DNA from: Geobacter metallireducens GS-15
Lineage (GTDB): Bacteria; Desulfobacterota; Desulfuromonadia; Geobacterales; Geobacteraceae
NCBI RefSeq assembly: GCF_000012925.1
Contig: NC_007517.1
Location: forward strand, 1,680,001 to 1,712,000
Length of the DNA stretch: 32,000 nucleotides
Reading direction: 5' to 3'
Part shown: piece after piece, positions 21,614 to 28,412 of the stretch
How positions within the stretch are numbered: the stretch's first letter is position 1
Layout of the letters: every line of letters begins with the position of its first letter
Translations under genes and position numbers: made by a program
Notes under the pieces: generated by a model
What the model was told of the DNA's origin: nothing
The model's input: only the letters and a program-made list of their open reading frames with translations
Databases searched by the model: none

Positions 21614-23194
21614 ATGCGTACGCGCGCAGTTAATCCAATTTTCCCCACACCGGCCTCATTGGTTGCGGTGTTCCTTTACGGCACGCTCCTGACGATAATC
21701 TTTTCACCTGCATACCGTGTCATGTTCAGATGGTGGGAGCGGGATGACTTCAATCACTGTTATTTTGTTCCTTTTATAGTCCTGTACCTGGTATGGGAGA
21801 AGCGGCAAGAACTCGCAGCGCTACCATCACGCGTTTCGTGGTGGGGGGCACTTCCTCTTGTGCTCGGTCTGGCGCTGTTCTGGCTTGGCGAATTGGGAGG
21901 TGAATATTTCACACTCTATATATCGTCATGGTTCATCGTGGTGGGGGTTCTTTGGGCGCACCTCGGCTGGCAAAAGCTGAGAATTATCGGTTTTCCGGTT
22001 TTATTCCTTCTTACGATGTTTCCACCGCCGAATTTCATCTATAACAACCTTTCCATGAACCTCAAGCTGATTTCTTCCCGGATGGGGGTGACTGCGCTGC
22101 AATTGGCGGGGATGTCGGCCTTCCGGGAAGGGAATGTGATTGACGTCGGCTTTACTCAACTCCAGGTAGTTGATGCCTGCAGCGGTCTGCGCTACCTCCT
22201 TCCCCTCGTGGTTCTCGGTTGCCTAGTGGCCCATTTTCACCGGGGGGCTCTCTGGCAGAAGATTCTGCTGGTCGTCTCCACTATTCCTCTTTCCATTGTG
22301 ACCAACGGACTTCGGATCGCCTCTGTCGGCATCCTTTACCCCATATGGGGGGCGCAGGTGGCGGAAGGGTTCTTCCACGACTTTTCAGGGTGGTTTATCT
22401 TCATGTGCACCCTGTGGATGCTCTTGGCCGAACTGTGGCTTCTGAGAAAGATAACCGGCAGACCGGCAGGCGAAGGGGAGAGCGCTGCCGGTTCGGCATC
22501 ACACCGTTCGACGGGGATTGCCGCGACAAGCGTCTCAGAGAGTAGTGTAAGGCACCTCCCTCTTCAACCGGTGCTTGCCTTGGTACTCCTTTTCGCCACG
22601 GCTGCTCTTTCCCATGGTGTCGAGTTCCGGGAAAAAATGCCAATCAAGCGCCCTTTCACCAGCTTTCCCCAAGAGGTGGGCGAGTGGCGGGGAGCACGAC
22701 AGGCCATGGAGCAGAAGTTCCTTGATGAACTTACGTTATCCGATTATGTGATTGTCAATTATCACAACCCCACCGACCGGGAAATCAATTTCTATACCGC
22801 CTACTATGAGAGTCAGCGCAAAGGTGAATCGATCCATTCGCCCGCTACTTGCCTCCCGGGTAGCGGCTGGGTTTTCGAGGAGTCGGGCAACACGCAGATT
22901 TCTCTTTCTGGCAGCCGGAGTATGACAGTCAACCGCGCCTTCATGCAGAAAGGAGAGGTCAGGCAGTTGACCTATTACTGGTTTCCCCAGCGGGGACGAA
23001 TTCTAACCTCTCCTTGGCAGCTGAAGATCTATGCCTTCTGGGACGCCTTGACCCGCCATCGGACCGATGGGGCGCTAGTGAGGATCATTACTCCCGTTTA
23101 TCCCAACGAGCGGGTAGATGTAGCCGAAGAGCGCCTCCAGGCATTCACCCGTCAGATTGTGCCGGTACTCGATGGATTTCTTCCTGGGGCCTAG
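21614..23194 (+). CDS. Exosortase (EpsH/Xrt family) fused to a C-terminal EpsI-family domain
   Basis: AAAGGA lies 5 nt upstream of the ATG. The polytopic N-domain carries the exosortase catalytic signatures VVDACSGLRYL (Cys189, TGC at 22178-22180), TNGLRIA and FFHDFSGW. A low-complexity linker (aa ~281-316) and one TM segment follow. The C-terminal domain has the EpsI-like blocks FPQEVGEWRG, DYVIVNY, INFYTAYYESQRKGESIHSPATCLPGSGW and YYWF.QRGR. Confidence 0.85.
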   Translation: MRTRAVNPIFPTPASLVAVFLYGTLLTIIFSPAYRVMFRWWERDDFNHCYFVPFIVLYLVWEKRQELAALPSRVSWWGALPLVLGLALFWLGELGGEYFTLYISSWFIVVGVLWAHLGWQKLRIIGFPVLFLLTMFPPPNFIYNNLSMNLKLISSRMGVTALQLAGMSAFREGNVIDVGFTQLQVVDACSGLRYLLPLVVLGCLVAHFHRGALWQKILLVVSTIPLSIVTNGLRIASVGILYPIWGAQVAEGFFHDFSGWFIFMCTLWMLLAELWLLRKITGRPAGEGESAAGSASHRSTGIAATSVSESSVRHLPLQPVLALVLLFATAALSHGVEFREKMPIKRPFTSFPQEVGEWRGARQAMEQKFLDELTLSDYVIVNYHNPTDREINFYTAYYESQRKGESIHSPATCLPGSGWVFEESGNTQISLSGSRSMTVNRAFMQKGEVRQLTYYWFPQRGRILTSPWQLKIYAFWDALTRHRTDGALVRIITPVYPNERVDVAEERLQAFTRQIVPVLDGFLPGA

Positions 23195-23272
23195 CAATCC
23201 ATTGTCCCTGACCATTGCCGGACTCCTCACGGAAGAACCGGCCTACACCAACTGATTTCGAGGAGTACCCCC

Positions 23273-24421
23273 ATGAACGTCTTTCTCGTGGCCGGAGCCC
23301 GGCCAAATTTCATGAAGATCGCACCGCTGTATCGCGAATCCCTCACCCGTGAGGGGGTGACCTGCCGCATCGTCCACACGGGGCAGCACTATGACTACGA
23401 GATGTCCCAGACGTTCTTCGACGACCTGCAACTCCCCCAGCCCGACTACTTCCTCAATGCCGGTTCCGGCTCCCACGCCGAGCAGACAGCCCGGGTCATG
23501 GTGACTTTCGAGGAGCTGTGTGCAAAGGAACTCCCTGATCTGGTGATCGTCGTGGGGGATGTGAATTCGACCCTCGCCTGCAGCATTGTGGCGAAGAAGG
23601 CTGGTATCCGGGTGGCCCACGTGGAGGCGGGGCTCCGCAGCTTCGACCTCTCCATGCCCGAGGAGATCAACCGGATGGTGACCGACTCCATCGCCGACCT
23701 CTACTTCGTCACCGAAACGAGCGCTGTCCGCAACCTCTTTAACGAAGGAAAACCGCCGGAGCAGATCTTTCTGGTGGGACACGTCATGGTCGACAATCTC
23801 CTTCACCAGATGGTTCAGGTTCACCTGAACGGGGCTGTGGCGCCCGAACTGCGGGAATTGAAGCAGAAGGCGGGAGAGTACGTGTTCATGACCCTTCATC
23901 GCCCCTCTAATGTTGATGACGAGGAGACCTTCCGCGGCATCGCCTTTGCCGTGAACGAGATTGCGGCCCGGATACCGATTATCTTCCCCGTTCACCCGCG
24001 GACCCGCAAGATGATGGAGAGCTTTGGCATCCAGCTCCACAAGGGTGTCACCTGTCTTCCACCCCTGAGTTTCAGTGAGTCCCTCTATTTCTGGAAGGAT
24101 GCCCGGGTGGTCATGACCGACAGCGGCGGCCTCCAGGAGGAAACCACAGCCCTGGGGGTCCCCTGCGTCACTATCAGGGAGAACACCGAGCGTCCCATTA
24201 CCGTGGAAATGGGGACCAACGTCCTGGCCGGGACCGACCCGGATCGGATTCTTACCCGCGTTTTCGATGCGGCGGAGGGAAGGGGCAAGCGGGGGAAGGT
24301 TCCCCCCTTCTGGGACGGCAAGGCTGCGGAACGGATCTGGGATGTCATTGGCCGTAAATACGGGAAGGTGCCTGACTTGTCTGAGGCCTGCCATGAGCTT
24401 ATGGAGTGCGTGGGAAGCTGA
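23273..24421 (+). CDS. wecB: UDP-N-acetylglucosamine 2-epimerase family protein, second divergent paralog
   Basis: GAGGAG lies upstream of the ATG. Motifs present: MNVFLVAGARPNFMKIAPL, HTGQHYDYEMSQ.FF, VVGDVNSTLA, AHVEAGLRSFD..MPEEINR, TLHRPSNVD, PVHPRT, TDSGGLQEETTALGVPCVTIRENTERP. It is clearly the same fold as 3769-4935 but a different subfamily. Confidence 0.88.
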   Translation: MNVFLVAGARPNFMKIAPLYRESLTREGVTCRIVHTGQHYDYEMSQTFFDDLQLPQPDYFLNAGSGSHAEQTARVMVTFEELCAKELPDLVIVVGDVNSTLACSIVAKKAGIRVAHVEAGLRSFDLSMPEEINRMVTDSIADLYFVTETSAVRNLFNEGKPPEQIFLVGHVMVDNLLHQMVQVHLNGAVAPELRELKQKAGEYVFMTLHRPSNVDDEETFRGIAFAVNEIAARIPIIFPVHPRTRKMMESFGIQLHKGVTCLPPLSFSESLYFWKDARVVMTDSGGLQEETTALGVPCVTIRENTERPITVEMGTNVLAGTDPDRILTRVFDAAEGRGKRGKVPPFWDGKAAERIWDVIGRKYGKVPDLSEACHELMECVGS

Positions 24422-24424
24422 TTG

Positions 24425-26062
24425 ATGCTCCCCCTTGCGACCCTGATACTAGCGATGCTGCTGACGGTAATGCTCATCCCCGTGGTGAGCGCCCTGGCGG
24501 TGCGCTTTCACGCCGTCGACATGCCCAATGAGCGCAAGGTGCACCTGCGGCCCATTCCACGGATCGGCGGCGTGGCCATGGCTCTGGGCGCCTTTGTTCC
24601 GATTATGGTCTGGAACTTTGCCGACGGCTTCGTACGGGCCTATCTCATCGGCGCTTCGATCCTTGTTGCCACCGGGCTCGTCGATGACCTGTATGAGCTG
24701 TCACCCCGCGTGAAATTCAGCGGTCAGTTCGCCGCGGCAGCGGTGGCCCTCTTTATGGGTGGGGTAAAGATCGACAGCCTCGGGACACTCCTCCCCGAGA
24801 GCACAGCGCTTCCCGAACTTATCGCTATCCCCCTCACCATTCTCGCCATCGTTGGCGTCACCAACGCGGTGAATATGGCCGACGGGCTCGACGGGCTCGC
24901 CGGCGGCATCTGCCTCCTTATTTTTTGTGCAATCGGTTACCTGGCTTTTCTGGACGGCAACGTCTCCATCGGGCTTGTGGCCCTGGCCATGGCCGGGGTC
25001 ATTTTTGGGTTTCTTCGCTTCAACACCCACCCCGCCTCCATTTTCATGGGAGACGCGGGGAGCCAGTTTCTCGGTTTTTCAGCGGTGACTCTGGCGCTGG
25101 GGCTCACCCAGGAGAGTGATTCCCTGAGTCCGCTCCTGCCGCTCCTGCTCCTGGGGCTGCCGGTCCTCGATACGCTGACGGTCATGGCCATCAGGGCCTC
25201 CCAAGGGCGATCGATCTTCTCGGCCGACAGAAACCATATCCATCACAGCCTCATGCAGATGGGGCTGCGGCATCCCGAGTCGGTGCTGGTCATTTACGTG
25301 GTCCAGGCCCTGCTCGTGCTGGCGGCGGTGATGCTGCGCTTTCAGTCGGATGTGATCATTCTTGCGGGGTATCTGGGGTTCTCGGTGGTTGTCGCGGGTT
25401 CTTTCGCCTATGCCCGCCGGACGGGCTTCACAATACGACGGTTTGACATCCTTGATGTGGTGATTGTGGGGGGGCTCAGGCGGGTCAAGGGGGAAGGTGG
25501 CGTTATCCGCCTGGCCTTCAGGTGTTTCGAGTTGGGTGTGCCGGCACTACTCCTTGTCTCCTGCCTGCGCCCAGTGCGCGTTCCCGAATATGTATCCGTT
25601 GCGGCGCCCGCTTTACTCCTTCTGCTGGCCCTTGTCCGCATTTTCCGGCCGGCGTGGAGCGGCGGCGCCATACGGGTAATCATCTATATCCTTGTTCCCT
25701 TTGTGGTCTATTACGGCGACACCGGCGCCGGTTCACGGTTCGGGAGCATGGGAGAGCGGCTCTATGGAGTGATGTTCGGCATTCTGGCGCTTCTTATCCC
25801 GGTCATCTCGAAGTTTTCGCGTCGCAGCGAGGGGTTTCGAAGCACTCCCCTCGATCTGCTTGTCATTATGCTCGCCGTGGCGGTTACGGGCCTTCCGGTC
25901 CAGTCTCTGCAACCCTACCGGCTCGGGCTCATGGCGGCAAAAATCATCATTCTCTATTTCGGATTTGAAGTGCTCATGGCCGAGTTGCGGGGCAAGTACG
26001 GACGGCTCTCCGGGTGGACAGCCGCAGCTCTCGTTGCTCTGGTAACGATCAACTGGAGGTAA
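24425..26062 (+). CDS. Polyprenyl-phosphate N-acetylhexosamine-1-phosphate transferase (WecA/MraY family, 'glycosyl transferase family 4') with a long C-terminal membrane extension
   Basis: ATG at 24425 (TTG at 24422 directly abuts the wecB-2 stop). Motifs present: ERKVHLRPIPRIGG, GLVDDLYEL (DDxxD), NAVNMADGLDGLAGG, FMGDAGSQFLGF and a WecA-type NHIHH motif. The canonical domain ends near aa 330, followed by about 215 aa with several more hydrophobic segments. Confidence 0.85.
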   Translation: MLPLATLILAMLLTVMLIPVVSALAVRFHAVDMPNERKVHLRPIPRIGGVAMALGAFVPIMVWNFADGFVRAYLIGASILVATGLVDDLYELSPRVKFSGQFAAAAVALFMGGVKIDSLGTLLPESTALPELIAIPLTILAIVGVTNAVNMADGLDGLAGGICLLIFCAIGYLAFLDGNVSIGLVALAMAGVIFGFLRFNTHPASIFMGDAGSQFLGFSAVTLALGLTQESDSLSPLLPLLLLGLPVLDTLTVMAIRASQGRSIFSADRNHIHHSLMQMGLRHPESVLVIYVVQALLVLAAVMLRFQSDVIILAGYLGFSVVVAGSFAYARRTGFTIRRFDILDVVIVGGLRRVKGEGGVIRLAFRCFELGVPALLLVSCLRPVRVPEYVSVAAPALLLLLALVRIFRPAWSGGAIRVIIYILVPFVVYYGDTGAGSRFGSMGERLYGVMFGILALLIPVISKFSRRSEGFRSTPLDLLVIMLAVAVTGLPVQSLQPYRLGLMAAKIIILYFGFEVLMAELRGKYGRLSGWTAAALVALVTINWR

Positions 26063-26069
26063 TACAAAG

Positions 26070-28259
26070 ATGAACCATCGTTCGGTACGTGGAATCTGCG
26101 CCACCCTCGGCGTCCTGCTTGTTATCGGCTGTAGCGGCCCCGACGCCAAGAAAGCCAAGTTCTACGCCAAGGGGAAGGAGCTCTATGACAAGGGAGACTA
26201 TGCCAAGGCGGCGCTCGAGTTCAAGAATGCCATCCAGATTGATCCCAAATACGCCGAGGCCTACCACATGCTCGGCCTGGTGGAGATGAAGAAGGGGAAC
26301 ATCAAGGGTGCCTTCGGCAACTTCACCAAGGCGGTGGAGTTGAATCCACAGCATCAGGAGGCACGGCTCCAGCTGGGCCGCATCTACCTTGGAGCCGGCG
26401 CTCCCGATGAGGCCATGAAGGAGGCCGTGGAGGTTCTGAAGATCAACCCCGCCAGCGAAGACGCCCAACTCCTGAAAGGGGCGGTCCTCATCGCCAGAAA
26501 GGAGAAGGGTAAGGCCCGCGAATTACTGGAAGGCCTTGTGGCAAAGGGAGTGAAGAAGCCTGATGCCTACTCGCTCCTGGCTTCGATTCACGCATTGGAC
26601 GGGAACGCAAAGGACGCCGAGGCGATTCTCCGCAAGGGGCTCGCGATAAATCCTTCGTCTTCTGATCTCCATCTGACCCTTGCGGGTCTCTGTGTCGGGA
26701 CCGGCCGGACCGACGAGGCGATATCGCTGCTCCAGCGGGTTGTTTCACTGGAACCCGGCAGGACAGACCACCGTTTGAAGCTCGCAGCACTCTGCTGGGA
26801 CACGGGGAAGGTTGCCGAAGCGCGTAAGGCCCTGACCGATCTGGTTGCGATTGCTCCTGAAAAAGAGGAAAACCGGCTTCAGGCCGCGGGATTCCTCGCC
26901 GGCAAGGGGGAGGCCGATGAGGCGGAAAAGCTTCTGAAAGAGGGGATTGCCGGAAAAGGGAAGAACTACAAGCTCCGCTTTGCCCTGGCGGACCTTTACC
27001 TCAATACCGGCAAGGGCGACCAGGCCGTTACGCTCCTCACCGAAACGGCAGGCCTCGACAAAGCCTCCCGGCAGGAATCGCTCCAGGCGAAAAATGCCTT
27101 GGCCCAAATCGCCCTTGATCGTAACCGGGTTGACGAAGCCGTAAAACTGGTAACTGAAGTGCTGAAAGAAAGTCCGAAGAATACGGACGCACGGTTTCTC
27201 AAGGGAAACATTCACATGATGAAGGGGGAGGGTGCCCAAGCCGTTGCTGAATATCGCACTGTGGTGACCGACAATCCCCAGTCCGTTCCTGGCTTTATCC
27301 GTCTCGCCGAGGCCCATCTCCTTAACAGAGAGAAGAATCTGGCCTTCGACAACCTGCAGAATGCCCTGAAGATCGATCCCGAAAACCGCGATGCCCTTGT
27401 GGCCCTGGCGCGGTATCACGTCATGCAGAAGGATATGAAAAACGCCGAGGCGGCCCTCCGCAAAGTCCTTGCCAAGAGCCCCAACGATCTGGAAGCGAAG
27501 GCGGAGCTTGGCGATCTTTTTCTGGCCGCCGGCGACCTGAAGCGGGCCGAGGCCGAATACGGCGAACTTAAACGGAAGGCTCCGGGCCTTCCGGTCGGCT
27601 ACGTCAAGATGGGAGACATTTACCTGCACCGGGGCAAGTCCGACAAGGCCCTGGCAGAACTGGAGCAGGCGGTGCGGCTCAATCCGTCGTCGGAACTCCT
27701 CGCCGGCTCCCTTGCGCGGCTCTATACACGGCTTGGCAAATTCGATAAGGCGGAATTCCTCCTCGATCAACGTCTGAAGCAAAATCCCAACGACGCTGCT
27801 TCCTACACCCTGCTGGGCCAGATGAATGTTGCCCGGAATCAGTATGGCAAGGCCCGGCAGGCCTACGAAAAGGCCCTGTCACTTAATGGTTCCAACTGGA
27901 GCGCCGCCAATGATCTGGCGTTCCTCCTGGCAGAAACCGGTTCGGGCGCCGATCTCGACCGGGCGCTTACGCTCATCGAGAAGGTTAAACAGAGCCGTCC
28001 CGACGATCCCCGGGTCCTCGATACCGTCGGCTGGATCTACTACAAGAAGGGGAATGCCGGAAAGGCCGTCGAAATTCTGTCGCAGGTGCATCGCAAGACC
28101 GGCGACAGCCCGGTTATTGACTATCACCTCGGCATGGCCTCCTACAAGGCCGGCGACAAGGCCCGTGCCAAAGAGCTCCTGACGAAGGCAATGACGAGCA
28201 AGAGCGGATTTGCCGGGCGGGAAGAGGCGGTCAAGACGCTCGGGATCATCAAGGGGTGA
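26070..28259 (+). CDS. TPR-repeat lipoprotein, PEP-CTERM-system PrsT-like
   Basis: GGAGG lies 10 nt upstream of the ATG. Lipobox LLVIGC (Cys21, TGT at 26130-26132). The remaining ~700 aa are almost continuous TPR-like repeats (..YAKAALEFKNAIQIDPKYAEAYHMLG.., ..AEYRTVVTDNPQS.., ..AYEKALSLNGSNWSAANDLA..). It lies two genes downstream of an exosortase gene (after the second epimerase and the priming transferase). The PrsT assignment itself deserves only about 0.5. Confidence 0.8.
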   Translation: MNHRSVRGICATLGVLLVIGCSGPDAKKAKFYAKGKELYDKGDYAKAALEFKNAIQIDPKYAEAYHMLGLVEMKKGNIKGAFGNFTKAVELNPQHQEARLQLGRIYLGAGAPDEAMKEAVEVLKINPASEDAQLLKGAVLIARKEKGKARELLEGLVAKGVKKPDAYSLLASIHALDGNAKDAEAILRKGLAINPSSSDLHLTLAGLCVGTGRTDEAISLLQRVVSLEPGRTDHRLKLAALCWDTGKVAEARKALTDLVAIAPEKEENRLQAAGFLAGKGEADEAEKLLKEGIAGKGKNYKLRFALADLYLNTGKGDQAVTLLTETAGLDKASRQESLQAKNALAQIALDRNRVDEAVKLVTEVLKESPKNTDARFLKGNIHMMKGEGAQAVAEYRTVVTDNPQSVPGFIRLAEAHLLNREKNLAFDNLQNALKIDPENRDALVALARYHVMQKDMKNAEAALRKVLAKSPNDLEAKAELGDLFLAAGDLKRAEAEYGELKRKAPGLPVGYVKMGDIYLHRGKSDKALAELEQAVRLNPSSELLAGSLARLYTRLGKFDKAEFLLDQRLKQNPNDAASYTLLGQMNVARNQYGKARQAYEKALSLNGSNWSAANDLAFLLAETGSGADLDRALTLIEKVKQSRPDDPRVLDTVGWIYYKKGNAGKAVEILSQVHRKTGDSPVIDYHLGMASYKAGDKARAKELLTKAMTSKSGFAGREEAVKTLGIIKG

Positions 28260-28412
28260 GGGGGGCAGCGACCGATAACGCCATGTGGGCACCGACGATT
28301 TAAAAATTATATCCCTTGATGAAGGTTGGTGCAGATTCTTTATCGTTCAGCGCCGAACCAGCACCCCGTCGGAAGCACGCCTGGCAGACAGATCATCGTG
28401 CTGATCCACGGC

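Noticed and set aside
23243-24394. 383-aa minus-strand ORF that mirrors almost exactly the whole second epimerase gene
   Set aside because: The near-perfect co-extension is striking. However, the + strand product has every 2-epimerase family block, while the antisense product is low-complexity (G/H/L/V/P/D-rich) with no SD sequence or motif. It is treated as a GC-driven shadow ORF. Only ribosome profiling could overturn this.
26745-27782. 345-aa minus-strand ORF antisense to the TPR lipoprotein gene
   Set aside because: Same reasoning as the other antisense ORFs. The sense strand encodes regular TPR repeats with a lipobox and SD sequence, and the antisense translation has no recognisable features.
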